This document shows positions 9,067 to 17,546 of a stretch of DNA of 31,411 nucleotides, one piece after another. Under the pieces are notes generated by a model. It made no database searches. It saw only the letters and a list, made by a program, of their open reading frames with translations, and had not been told where the DNA came from. Every line of letters starts with the position of its first letter. The stretch's first letter is position 1. The DNA comes from a virus. The translations under genes and the position numbers were made by a program. The stretch covers positions 1 to 31,411 of IMG/VR virus record IMGVR_UViG_2852270433_000001. One strand, 5' to 3'.

Positions 9067-9219
9067 TCAGTGTTCATACATCCGAAGGAACACAAGGGAC
9101 GCAATGGGGAAGCAGAACGCGGAAATGCCCGCCGTCGTATCGCCGCACGCGGCAAAAACGCCGGCCATCACGCACCCCATCAGCGGCAGAAGAACGGAAG
9201 GGGACAGTAGCTTATTCAT
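9067..9219 (-). CDS. Small hydrophobic protein with lipobox-like LMGC (spanin/holin-accessory candidate)
   Basis: 50-aa ORF below the track cutoff: MNKLLSPSVLLPLMGCVMAGVFAACGDTTAGISAFCFPIASLVFLRMYEH. Its ATG overlaps the upstream stop as ATGA (9216-9219). It lies between a TM/coiled-coil gene and the endolysin. Confidence 0.35.
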   Translation of the reverse strand: MNKLLSPSVLLPLMGCVMAGVFAACGDTTAGISAFCFPIASLVFLRMYEH

Positions 9220-9467
9220 TTTTCCAGTTTTCTTTCTATGTTTTCAATTCTGACGGCAAGAAGTTGGATCGCCTTGGCCGTCTCGACCTGGGCCTGTGTC
9301 TGCATGGTCATCAGGTCACACAGCCGGTCATTATGGTGTCCCATGACATCCCCGATGTACCAGCAGGACGCGCCGCAAATGACCAGCGAGAGCATGAGGC
9401 AGGCAAACACGGGTGACGCCTTGGCAAAATCCATGAAACGCGCCGGTACTTCGGAGAGTTTGCACAT
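9216..9467 (-). CDS. N-terminal TM plus coiled-coil protein (i-spanin-like or holin-like)
   Basis: 83 aa. A hydrophobic helix (ASPVFACLMLSLVICGASCWYIG) is followed by a predicted coiled coil (QTQAQVETAKAIQLLAVRIENIERKLEK). It is adjacent to the endolysin. Confidence 0.45.
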   Translation of the reverse strand: MCKLSEVPARFMDFAKASPVFACLMLSLVICGASCWYIGDVMGHHNDRLCDLMTMQTQAQVETAKAIQLLAVRIENIERKLEK

Positions 9468-9471
9468 GGTG

Positions 9472-9762
9472 TTACTTCTTGGAGGGAATTACCTGCACAA
9501 CGGGCGGAACGTCCGTTTCGGGTTGCGCCTGTGAATAGGAAATATGGCCCGGTTCCAGCACCAGGCAGGAGCCGTCCTTGCATACGACCGTCTTGTCCGG
9601 CGTTACGTCCACGGAATGGCCGCAGCCGGGTTGCGTCAGAATCCCCGCGGCAACCAAGGCCCCAATCACAGCTCCGGCAATGACTTTTGCCCAACTCTCT
9701 TTAATACCCCAACCGGTCAGGAGACCAGTCAGCCAACTCACTTTTTCTTTATTCGTACTCAT
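9472..9762 (-). CDS. Small membrane protein (holin candidate)
   Basis: I chose the internal ATG at 9762 (MSTNKEKVSWLTGLL...), which abuts the stop of the upstream gene at 9764. This gives 96 aa with the TM helix WAKVIAGAVIGALVAAGILT. The longer track ORF (to 9987) would overlap the upstream gene. Confidence 0.4.
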   Translation of the reverse strand: MSTNKEKVSWLTGLLTGWGIKESWAKVIAGAVIGALVAAGILTQPGCGHSVDVTPDKTVVCKDGSCLVLEPGHISYSQAQPETDVPPVVQVIPSKK

Positions 9763-9763
9763 A

Positions 9764-10168
9764 TTATTTAATAGTGAAATGCTTGAAAAACGCCACCGCG
9801 GCGGGGGCGGTAATGACGAACTCCGGGTAGTCGCGGTCCGTAAAAATCCTGCGCCCGCCCTGTGGATTGACGGCTTCCACGGCCAGATACACCGCCTCCA
9901 CTCCCACAATGGGGTCATCCTCATTGACAGGATCCGGGTAATACCAATCCTGTGTTGCCCACACCTGGACGGCCTGCCAATCCTCACCCAATCCCACCAG
10001 CGCGGCCACTACGGCGGCCATGGCCGGGGTCTGGTTCGCCGGAATCTCGTCCTGCGTATAGCGGTCTATGCGGGTGTACCCTTCCTCGTCCTGGTAAATG
10101 GCCGCCAGGCCGAATTCATCCCATTGACCGGGTTTCGGGAACTGTATTTGTATCTCGGAATTATTCAT
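9764..10168 (-). CDS. Hypothetical acidic protein downstream of the fibre gene (possible fibre assembly factor)
   Basis: 134-aa ORF. Its ATG overlaps the fibre stop as ATGA (10165-10168). No motif recognised. Confidence 0.4.
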   Translation of the reverse strand: MNNSEIQIQFPKPGQWDEFGLAAIYQDEEGYTRIDRYTQDEIPANQTPAMAAVVAALVGLGEDWQAVQVWATQDWYYPDPVNEDDPIVGVEAVYLAVEAVNPQGGRRIFTDRDYPEFVITAPAAVAFFKHFTIK

Positions 10169-12105
10169 GATTCTATCGGCACGTTAATATCTTCAAAAGC
10201 TGCGGTTTCCTCGGATTCAACGGCATTCGTTCCTATCGCGTCCAACCCGTAGAAAAGCGGGTTGATATTCCCCGGCTGGTAATAGGCATATTCGCCGGGC
10301 CCGGCGTAAACGGAAGCCGTTCCGCTGGTGGTGTTGATCACGTCCGTCACCCACCGGGAAATGCCGACGCCGGTCTCAAAATTGGAGACGCCCCGGCAGG
10401 TGGCGATCTTGAACAGGTTGTTGGTCTGTGCCCCCGTGACCAGCAGCCAGAGGCCTCCCAGGTTTTCGTAAACGCGGCTGTTGGCAACCGTCTGCTGCTG
10501 GTAAATAATCTTGCACACCGTCCACGGGACGGGTTCGTTTTGCGTTGCCGGGATAAAGCTGGTCGTCGTCTTGACCTGCCATCCATCGGCGGACGTCAGC
10601 GCATAAATTTCCCGCACGCGCACCGTATATCCGTTGCGCGTTGTATCGCGCACATTGTCAAAGGTGATGTCCAGAATCTCCCCGGAATTAAATGCCAGGT
10701 CATTGCCCGGAATAATCGTGTAGGAGTCGGTGGTAAGGTCCGTCCTGATTGTTTTTGCCCCCCGGCCGATGCCCATCGTTATCTTCGCCGCGGCCGTGGC
10801 GCGCCAGACAAATGAAAAGCCGGCCCAGGAAGAATAATTCCATTGGGACCTGGGGCCTTCAAAGGGGGCCTGAATAGTCGTGTGAGCGCCCGCAGGAATG
10901 CCTATCATGGCCATCTGGTAGGGAACCGTTTTAGTCACCGTTGCCGTGCCGGTAGTTGTCAGCGAGTCCGTGTTCAGGAAAGCCGCCGCCGCATAAGCAT
11001 TGGCTGCGCCTCCCATGCCCGCGGCATACAGGCGGTTGACGCCGGATTCATTGGTCGGCGCTCCCACGGCCAGCGGAATGTTGACGCCTCCATTGGCGTT
11101 GATGGCGCTTGAAAACGTGGACGCCCCCGCGCAGTTGAAGCTGGCGCCCTGGGAAATATTCAGGATGCCGGATTCTACCATGAATGTCCCGCGCAGCCAG
11201 CCGCCCGAACGAAGATCAACGGACTGATAAAACCTGGTGATTCCGTAAATCTGATTCAGGGTTCCGGCGCTTCCGCTTCCGTCCGGGTTGTTGACGACCA
11301 GAGGCCCGTTGATAGTAGCCGATTCAGCGGTCAGGGCTCCCCCGATGTTGACGTCGCCGACGTTGGACGTCAGCGTCCCGGGCTCTCCCTTTTCCCCTTG
11401 TGGTCCCTGGGGTCCTGCCGGACCTTCCGGCCCCTGGGGGCCCTCCGGGCCTTGGGGCCCCGCCGGGCCTGTCTCTCCCTTCGGTCCCTGCTCGCCCGTA
11501 TCTCCCTGAGGTCCACGTTCCCCGGTTTCGCCGCGTGGGCCTTGCGGCCCTTCGGGGCCGGTTTCACCCCGTTCACCCTGCGGGCCTGACGGTCCCTGAG
11601 GACCAACATCCCCGCGGGGAATCGTGAAATTGAGCAGATAGGATCCTGATTCAGTTCCCTTGACGGCTTCCGCGTTGGCGGGCGTCCCCGGTTCCCCGGT
11701 GGTGACCTGACCCACGGACAGATTAAAATTCTCGGCGTACTTTTTGGCCTGTTCCGCGTACCAGGCGGCGCTGGACGCGTTGTCAAGCATGACCTGCACG
11801 CAGCCGCTTCCTTCCGGCAGCTGCACGACGACCGCGCCCGCCACGGCCTGCTGTTCGTCCGGCAAGTCCGGCGTCACCCGGCCCGAAGAAACAAAGCGTC
11901 CGTAGAGGAGCGGGTTTTCCTCGCTGCCGTCGTCCATGAAGACGTCGTAGGACCACATGCCCGCGGGAACCGAAGCCCAGGAAATAACGCCGTTGCCCTC
12001 GTCATCGCGTGAAAAGCCGAACTCCGTCACGCCCGTCTTGAGACGGACAGCGCCGCGCAGGGTGACGCCGCTCATATCGACGGGATCGCCCTGAAAATCC
12101 ACCAC
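10165..12105 (-). CDS. Collagen-like repeat tail fibre
   Basis: 646 aa with about 26 uninterrupted G-X-Y triplets ([28 protein letters not shown]...) preceded by [13 protein letters not shown], followed by a ~400-aa beta-rich C-terminal region. The track start is GTG at 12105. An in-frame AGG at 12169-12171 lies directly after the upstream terminator. Confidence 0.8.
   Translation of the reverse strand: MVDFQGDPVDMSGVTLRGAVRLKTGVTEFGFSRDDEGNGVISWASVPAGMWSYDVFMDDGSEENPLLYGRFVSSGRVTPDLPDEQQAVAGAVVVQLPEGSGCVQVMLDNASSAAWYAEQAKKYAENFNLSVGQVTTGEPGTPANAEAVKGTESGSYLLNFTIPRGDVGPQGPSGPQGERGETGPEGPQGPRGETGERGPQGDTGEQGPKGETGPAGPQGPEGPQGPEGPAGPQGPQGEKGEPGTLTSNVGDVNIGGALTAESATINGPLVVNNPDGSGSAGTLNQIYGITRFYQSVDLRSGGWLRGTFMVESGILNISQGASFNCAGASTFSSAINANGGVNIPLAVGAPTNESGVNRLYAAGMGGAANAYAAAAFLNTDSLTTTGTATVTKTVPYQMAMIGIPAGAHTTIQAPFEGPRSQWNYSSWAGFSFVWRATAAAKITMGIGRGAKTIRTDLTTDSYTIIPGNDLAFNSGEILDITFDNVRDTTRNGYTVRVREIYALTSADGWQVKTTTSFIPATQNEPVPWTVCKIIYQQQTVANSRVYENLGGLWLLVTGAQTNNLFKIATCRGVSNFETGVGISRWVTDVINTTSGTASVYAGPGEYAYYQPGNINPLFYGLDAIGTNAVESEETAAFEDINVPIES
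11377..11613 (-). repeat. Collagen triple-helix G-X-Y coding repeat
   Basis: Gly at every third residue over about 79 aa (residues ~165-243 of the fibre ORF). Confidence 0.9.
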
Positions 12106-12174
12106 GCGGACGACCAGGGACTGGTTCAGCCCTGTGACGGTCCGGATATCGTATTTGCCTGCCTGCTGCCTGAG

Positions 12175-12209
12175 AAAAAAAAGAGGATGCGGGGGCGCAG
12201 CGCGCCCCC
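12175..12209 (-). terminator. Rho-independent terminator/attenuator inside the late operon
   Basis: On the minus strand: GGGGGCGC-GCT-GCGCCCCC (8-bp GC stem, 3-nt loop), then GCATCCTC and a run of 8 T. It lies 13 nt after the stop of the 185-aa gene. Confidence 0.6.
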
Positions 12210-12221
12210 TGGTGAAACGCG

Positions 12222-12779
12222 TCAGGAACCCGGCGCCGGCGTCACGTCCTGCACATTGGAGGGCGTGAACTGGTACTTGCCGCGATAATCCATTTCGAAC
12301 TCGAACTGGGGTGAAGCAATCGCCGTGGTGTGTTCGGGATCCTGCAGGAGGCGCAAGGCGCCATGCGCCGTTCCGACCAGATAGATAGTACCCACGTCGT
12401 TCTGATACCAGAAGTGAAGATACCCCTCAATCTTATTGTCGCCGCCATGTCCGACGGTGGTCGATTCCTCGCCGTTGGCGGGAGGCGCTCCCAAGGCGAA
12501 AGAAAGCTGGAACCATTCGGGGGACATGTCCGGCGTGGTGAAGGTCATCCGCTTGCCGGTCGTGGTGTTCTTGCGCTGCTGGCGATATCCCAGCGCACCG
12601 CCGTAAAAGCGCGTCACTTCCCCTTCGACCTGGGTGGCGACGGACTGGAACGCTCCCAGCAGCCCGAAGCTCACCCAGGGCTGTTCAGGCCCGGCGGTCG
12701 GATCCGTTGGCGGAGACGTCGGAGGCGTCGGAAACTGGTCCGGCCCGGTGACGTAAGAAGCTCCCTCGTCTTCAGTCAC
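12222..12779 (-). CDS. Structural protein, putative major tail protein
   Basis: 185 aa from GTG at 12779. It is followed by a terminator, which suggests abundant product. The frame reads as coding for another 30 codons upstream (ATTYDPTFTNRNVTPQITGVLAIFLPDGIK), back to an AGG at 12870-12872 with no canonical start in between. Confidence 0.5.
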   Translation of the reverse strand: MTEDEGASYVTGPDQFPTPPTSPPTDPTAGPEQPWVSFGLLGAFQSVATQVEGEVTRFYGGALGYRQQRKNTTTGKRMTFTTPDMSPEWFQLSFALGAPPANGEESTTVGHGGDNKIEGYLHFWYQNDVGTIYLVGTAHGALRLLQDPEHTTAIASPQFEFEMDYRGKYQFTPSNVQDVTPAPGS

Positions 12780-12886
12780 CTTGATGCCGTCGGGGAGGAA
12801 AATAGCTAGAACGCCGGTAATCTGCGGCGTTACGTTGCGGTTGGTAAAGGTGGGGTCGTATGTAGTAGCCCTGATGCTTGAAACGG

Positions 12887-13084
12887 TTAGTAGATGATGG
12901 ATGCCTTGCCGTCGGCTTCCAGTTTATCGGCGAGTTCTTTCGTAACACGAATATGCGCTCCTTTCAAGAACGTTGAACGCCCTATCCTCACTTCTTTGGC
13001 CAGAATGAGAATGTTCGTGTCGATGACGGCGGCCTGCTCCGTCTTCTTCTCCGGTTCGGTGTTGGCTGCAGTTGCTTTGCTCAT
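12887..13084 (-). CDS. Hypothetical small virion-module protein
   Basis: 65-aa ORF. Its ATG overlaps the upstream stop as ATGA (13081-13084). Confidence 0.5.
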   Translation of the reverse strand: MSKATAANTEPEKKTEQAAVIDTNILILAKEVRIGRSTFLKGAHIRVTKELADKLEADGKASIIY

Positions 13085-13347
13085 TTGATGTCAACAAGGT
13101 TGAGGGTTGCCAGAGCTTCCGCGATGGTCGCGGGAAGTTCCGGGGTGTCGGTTTTCATGGAGAGGCTGATCACCAGCCCTCCGTCCAGTTCGGCGCGGGT
13201 GCGAATGACCCGCACGGCCTTCTTGTCAGTTGTTTTCTTCTTTTCGTCCGGTGCGGACGGCGTTTTGCCGGCGGTTTCGGAAGATTCGTCCGGCTTCGGG
13301 ACGTTCTTCCGCACGGCCTTCTTGTCAGTTGTTGATGCTTTGTTCAT
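13081..13347 (-). CDS. Hypothetical small protein with Lys/Thr-rich disordered N-terminus
   Basis: 88-aa ORF with an ATG start. It contains an internal TTDKKAVR peptide repeat encoded by a 25-bp direct DNA repeat (13210-13234 and 13309-13333). Confidence 0.5.
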   Translation of the reverse strand: MNKASTTDKKAVRKNVPKPDESSETAGKTPSAPDEKKKTTDKKAVRVIRTRAELDGGLVISLSMKTDTPELPATIAEALATLNLVDIK

Positions 13348-13855
13348 AGAATTCTGGCTTGGTTCTCATGTTAATATTAACCGGGACACGGTAATCCACG
13401 GTCAAAACGTTCATTTGCCGCTTCTCGCCGTCAATGATGGCGGAGGAGGAAAAACGGCCTTTGATTTTGGGTTTCATCATCGCCGGTGCGGAAAAGGGAA
13501 GAGGATTCCAGTTCCACAGGGCTTCTTCAATCACGTCCCCCACCGCCCGAAGATAATAATCAGGCGTCAGGCATGCCGCCGGGAACAGGGACGCGTTGTG
13601 ATAAATGGAGGCGATGATGAAATACTGACGCCACATCGTCGGCGCTTCCGTTTGTCCGTGCCCGTCCTGGTATTCTGCCGCGTCCCCGGGGCACACCAAA
13701 ACGACGCCGTTGTTGCCCATCGCCGACATGATGATGTCATTGGCGGCATACTGGGGGTCGAAGGGCCGTTCGAAGATGTGGCAGTTCAGCGCTCCCAGGC
13801 TCTTGAGGCGTTCAATGAGGCGCCGGCACATGGTCTGGTCGATGGATGGGATCAT
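13325..13855 (-). CDS. Head-tail joining / tail completion protein (by position)
   Basis: I chose the ATG at 13855 (MIPSIDQTMCRRL...), which overlaps the upstream stop as ATGA. This gives 176 aa. The longer track form would overlap the upstream gene. Confidence 0.4.
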   Translation of the reverse strand: MIPSIDQTMCRRLIERLKSLGALNCHIFERPFDPQYAANDIIMSAMGNNGVVLVCPGDAAEYQDGHGQTEAPTMWRQYFIIASIYHNASLFPAACLTPDYYLRAVGDVIEEALWNWNPLPFSAPAMMKPKIKGRFSSSAIIDGEKRQMNVLTVDYRVPVNINMRTKPEFYEQSINN

Positions 13856-14517
13856 GGTTCGTTTCCGATGTTGGCAAGGTAGGTTTCCGCGGCGCGCTGC
13901 GCCATCCGGTCCATCGTCGGGAGAATTCCCGGCGTGGGCGGGATCGTGACTTCGCGGCACAGCACGTAGAGCACGTCGCCCGTTCCGGCTCCCTGGCGGA
14001 ACAGTTTGCGGGCCGCTTTCTTTCCGGTGGCTGATTGCGCCGTCTTGAGGATGAGGACGCCGGTCACATTGCCGTTGCGTCCTCCGTTCTTGGAGGGGAT
14101 GAATTGCAAGTCCTCTTTGCGGAAGCCGGCGCTGTAAATGCTTCGGGCCCCGCCATGGCCGCGAGGGGCGTTGATGGTGGGGATAGCCAGGTTCCGGATC
14201 GGGTTCCCGGTGATTTCCGAGGTGCGCCCCGTGGGGCGGAGCGGCCCGCCCAGATAACCCTGCGTGCCGATCCAGTGAAGACCGATGCCGCGCCAGGCGA
14301 TGGAGACGCTGACGCCCTCGGCGGTTTCTTCCATCGTGGTGGCGTCCGCCGCGCCGTCGTAGTAGTCCTTGCCCTGCTGGCGCAGGGTTTCCTGAATGAG
14401 CAGGCTCAAGGCGACGCCGGACTTGCGGAGGGCGGTTTTGTGCCGGGCCGCGGACGGCTCCATGTCGGCAAACGCCCGGTCAATCTCGTTCTGGTCGATG
14501 TGGATGGTTACAGCCAT
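13852..14517 (-). CDS. Virion morphogenesis / head-tail joining protein (by position)
   Basis: 221-aa ORF with an ATG start that overlaps the upstream gene end by 10 nt. Confidence 0.4.
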   Translation of the reverse strand: MAVTIHIDQNEIDRAFADMEPSAARHKTALRKSGVALSLLIQETLRQQGKDYYDGAADATTMEETAEGVSVSIAWRGIGLHWIGTQGYLGGPLRPTGRTSEITGNPIRNLAIPTINAPRGHGGARSIYSAGFRKEDLQFIPSKNGGRNGNVTGVLILKTAQSATGKKAARKLFRQGAGTGDVLYVLCREVTIPPTPGILPTMDRMAQRAAETYLANIGNEP

Positions 14518-15644
14518 TTGGAGGGTAAAACGTAAGGGGTGGGCAGTTCCACGCGGAGGGCTCCGGCGACGTCTTCCACTTTCTTGACGTGCCCGGAATT
14601 AAGGCGCCAGGTGAATTCTCCCTCTTCCTTTGGGGAAACGGGGATATACTGGCGGGAGGACGCGGCGGCCACGTCTGCGGGCCGGGCGTACCAGACGCCT
14701 TCCGGTTCGGAGAACAGGCGGTCCAGCAGTCGGTCCAGGTAGAGGGCTGCCAGCGTTCCTGCCACGGCTCCCCCGGCCGCCGCCAGGCGGAAGGCCTGGG
14801 ACTGGCGCAAGGGGATCTCTTCCGGGAAATCCCCGGACAGGACGTCCGCCAGTTCCGCGTCCGTGTAAGGGCGCGTCCCGTTCGGGTCCGTGTAGGCAAA
14901 GGTGGTATTGCCGTCGTTCCCGGTCTTGACGCGCACGGCGTCTTTCAGGATGCGGCGGATCTTGTTCCTGTTGGATTCCGTCACGCCTTTGGCATTGCTT
15001 TCCAAGGTGGCGTTGAAGCTGGCGGGAGCGGGACGGACGCGCGACACGTCCAGCCCGGCCGCGCGGGCTTCTTCGGCGCCCACGGGGGCAATGTTCATTC
15101 CGGACAGGTAGTCAAAGGGCGGGTAGGGAGTTCCGAACCGCGAGAGGCGGATCCAGATGTCGGAGGCCGCCAGCGCATAGCCGACTGTTTCTCCGCGGAT
15201 GAAACCGGATGATACCGCTTCCGTGGCTTCTTCTTCCAGCCCGGCCCGGGCACGGTTCCAGCGTTCGGCCCAATAGCGCGGGTCTTCCCGCCCCTGGGAG
15301 CGGTAAAATTTGAAGACGGCCGTGTCTTCGTCCTGCGTCCAGTCGTACCAGTTCCGATAGCCGTGGGCCATGGCCGCGTTGGTTTCCATGACGACCTGGA
15401 TGCGGACCCAGGAGGACAAATCCTGAATGCCTCCCTGCCCCGTCGCCGGGGGGCGGTATCCCTGCTGCCGCAGGGTTTCGCGGATGGCCCGCTGCGCTTC
15501 CTCGTAGCTCAAGGCTCCCGAGGCCACCTGTGACGCCTTGTCCTCAAAATCGGACAGGATGACGCCGGGTTCCACCCCGGACACGAAGAAGGCGCGCTCG
15601 GCGTAGTCGTTGGCAATCATTTCCATTTGGGCGGCGGTCATCAT
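14508..15644 (-). CDS. Minor head / morphogenesis-like protein (weak SPP1 gp7 / Mu gpF-like pattern)
   Basis: I chose the ATG at 15644 (MMTAAQMEMIANDY...), which overlaps the upstream stop as ATGA. This gives 378 aa. The segment RIQVVMETNAAMAHGYRNW resembles the conserved R..i..Te...a...G core of head morphogenesis proteins. Confidence 0.4.
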   Translation of the reverse strand: MMTAAQMEMIANDYAERAFFVSGVEPGVILSDFEDKASQVASGALSYEEAQRAIRETLRQQGYRPPATGQGGIQDLSSWVRIQVVMETNAAMAHGYRNWYDWTQDEDTAVFKFYRSQGREDPRYWAERWNRARAGLEEEATEAVSSGFIRGETVGYALAASDIWIRLSRFGTPYPPFDYLSGMNIAPVGAEEARAAGLDVSRVRPAPASFNATLESNAKGVTESNRNKIRRILKDAVRVKTGNDGNTTFAYTDPNGTRPYTDAELADVLSGDFPEEIPLRQSQAFRLAAAGGAVAGTLAALYLDRLLDRLFSEPEGVWYARPADVAAASSRQYIPVSPKEEGEFTWRLNSGHVKKVEDVAGALRVELPTPYVLPSKWL

Positions 15645-16117
15645 CTGTAGGTGCTTCTCATCGGATTGAACCAGGGGCGGCGCGTGTAGCGCGGCATCAT
15701 GTAGGCGGGATCCGCGGGAGCGGAGCCGTCCACGCTTTCCGGAAGCATGTCCCCTTTGGCGTAGAGCGCCAGCATCGCGTCCGCTGATTCGGCGGCCTTC
15801 TGGCGCGTCTCGGTCAGGTTGAGCTGGTAGCGCAGATAGAGCTGCCGGATAATCAGCGGCCATGCCAGGGACCGCATGCTTTGAGGGATGTCGTACATGC
15901 CGCTGTTTTGGAGCGATTGCCGCAGGGCGAGGTTGTTGGCCAGCGCCCCGCGGATGGTCATGCAGACATCGTTGACCGCCTCCATCATGACGTCCCGGTA
16001 GTCCAGGCTGCGCTGCTCCCCGGAGGTCACCAGGGCGTCGCGTTCGGCGGTGTTGAGGCCGAGCAGCCGATCGGCTTCGTCGGTGGAAATCGTGGACCAG
16101 GCAGGAAAGGCGGACAT
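15641..16117 (-). CDS. Head-tail connector-like protein
   Basis: 158-aa ORF directly after the capsid gene, with an ATG start. The call is by position. Confidence 0.4.
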   Translation of the reverse strand: MSAFPAWSTISTDEADRLLGLNTAERDALVTSGEQRSLDYRDVMMEAVNDVCMTIRGALANNLALRQSLQNSGMYDIPQSMRSLAWPLIIRQLYLRYQLNLTETRQKAAESADAMLALYAKGDMLPESVDGSAPADPAYMMPRYTRRPWFNPMRSTYR

Positions 16118-16137
16118 GATGGAGGCGGGCGTTGGGG

Positions 16138-16974
16138 TTAATCGGCGGAGGCCGTGTTGATGCGGATGATGGCGCCGGGGTTGGTCAGCTTGGTCAGCGA
16201 ATAGACCCGGTTGGTCACCTTTGTCTCCTTGTTGGTCGGGAAGTATTCCGTCGTTACTTCCCGCTGGAATTGTCCATTAAGCGCAAAGGTCTTGATAGCC
16301 GAAGCGTCAAACTGCGTCGGGGAATCTTCTTTATAGAGGATGTAGACGTCGTCTTCCATCATCGTCTTTCCTTGACCGGACGGATCATAGAAAGGCATGT
16401 TGTTGACGAAGACTTCATTCATCCTCATGAACAATGATCTGTTCAACAGATCTTCATTGAAGAGGCCGACGCTGTTGTATGACACCACCTCTCTTGCCAG
16501 CGGATTAGCCCGAAGACGGGCCCAGGCATTGGAACCGAAAACAATGGTATTCGGCATTTTCCCGGCAGTGGCATTGATGGTGCGGATCGCGTTGTCCAAA
16601 TCCGTCAGCGGGTTTTTCTGCGGATTATCCCAATCGCCATAACCGGACGCTGCCGGAACCTGGCTTTCGATGAGCTTGGCGCGCTGGTATTCATAAGACG
16701 TGACGAATTTCGATTCCAGGAAGCGGGCATGAGCGAGCAGAATCGCCTGCGCCTTCTCCCTGTTGACCCCCAGCAGAATATCGGGAATCGGATCCGTCAG
16801 CGCGTACCCCTGAAGGGTGTCGGTTTCGTTCCTTCCGAGCATGGAGGTCTGGCGGGGCGGTTCTCCCGGCGCGACCTGGATGGGCTCCACCGTAAACGCG
16901 GCCGGCGTGTCCCAGACCATATACTGGAAAGAGATGTCGTAAACCGGAACAAGCGGAGCGATGCGATTGATCAT
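16138..16974 (-). CDS. Major capsid protein (lambda gpE-like pattern)
   Basis: 278 aa from the ATG at 16974. NRIAPLVPV near the N-terminus and the downstream layout resemble the capsid-E family. It follows a decoration-like gene, as in lambda D-E. The frame is open and coding-like for 28 more codons, back to an AGG at 17059-17061 (ANLFYSAYQFTDVL...). Confidence 0.65.
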   Translation of the reverse strand: MINRIAPLVPVYDISFQYMVWDTPAAFTVEPIQVAPGEPPRQTSMLGRNETDTLQGYALTDPIPDILLGVNREKAQAILLAHARFLESKFVTSYEYQRAKLIESQVPAASGYGDWDNPQKNPLTDLDNAIRTINATAGKMPNTIVFGSNAWARLRANPLAREVVSYNSVGLFNEDLLNRSLFMRMNEVFVNNMPFYDPSGQGKTMMEDDVYILYKEDSPTQFDASAIKTFALNGQFQREVTTEYFPTNKETKVTNRVYSLTKLTNPGAIIRINTASAD

Positions 16975-17094
16975 GGAGTCCCGTTCCGTATTCCCCGCAC
17001 CGACGGAGAAAGAGGTCAGGACGTCCGTGAACTGATAAGCTGAATAAAATAGATTAGCCCTTGTGGTTGGTCTTTCTAATGGTTAGAGGTGAGG

Positions 17095-17526
17095 TTATGC
17101 GGCCGCAACCTGGTATTGAGCGACAAAACCGATTTCTATTTTCCCCGGCTCCCAACGGTTATGGATGGCTCGTCCATAGACGGTTTCTCCGCTGGCGGCG
17201 GCTTTCCAGGTCCCGTTGGCGGTGATGGTCACCGGCGTTCCTACGCTGATCGTTCCGGGAGTCTCGGCAAGAGACGCTTTGGCCAGACCAGCGAACATGC
17301 CGACCAGAACGGCGCAGCAGGTGCCACGGTCCGGCTGGATTTGAGTGACAAGTCCGAGCAGCTGGTCCTGGGTGGGAAGAGCCGTCAGCGGGGTTCCGAT
17401 CAGCTCGGGAATATCCGGGTTTCCGGTCAGTGCGACGACGCATCCTTCCAGGGCGGACAGGTCAACGCCTTCCGGCGCGTTGAAGTAGACTTCGGCGTCT
17501 GTTTGGGTGATGTTGATTGATGGCAT
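17095..17526 (-). CDS. Head decoration-like protein (DUF2190-like)
   Basis: 143-aa ORF between the protease/scaffold and capsid genes, with an ATG start. It is Gly/Ala/Thr-rich and beta-type in composition. Confidence 0.4.
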   Translation of the reverse strand: MPSINITQTDAEVYFNAPEGVDLSALEGCVVALTGNPDIPELIGTPLTALPTQDQLLGLVTQIQPDRGTCCAVLVGMFAGLAKASLAETPGTISVGTPVTITANGTWKAAASGETVYGRAIHNRWEPGKIEIGFVAQYQVAAA

Positions 17527-17546
17527 TGGTTTTTAGCGGTTAGTGG

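Noticed and set aside
11377-11613. Periodic DNA repeat that could be mistaken for a tandem repeat or CRISPR-like array
   Set aside because: The period is 9 nt or less, it is in-frame, and it encodes Gly-X-Y collagen triplets within a long ORF. There is no repeat-spacer structure.
1988-12105. Diversity-generating retroelement acting on tail or fibre genes
   Set aside because: There is no reverse transcriptase ORF in the window, and I found no template/variable repeat pair matching the 3' ends of the fibre or tail genes.
13210-13333. 25-bp direct repeat CCGCACGGCCTTCTTGTCAGTTGTT (13210-13234 and 13309-13333) as a possible regulatory or att-like repeat
   Set aside because: Both copies lie in-frame within the 88-aa ORF and encode the duplicated peptide TTDKKAVR. 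An internal coding duplication is sufficient explanation.
9472-15863. Longest-ORF versions of three genes (9472-9987, 13325-13960, 14508-15863)
   Set aside because: The N-terminal extensions overlap the preceding gene by 200 nt or more and are Arg/Pro-rich. Internal ATGs at 9762, 13855 and 15644 abut or ATGA-overlap the upstream stop, which is the dominant coupling pattern in this phage.
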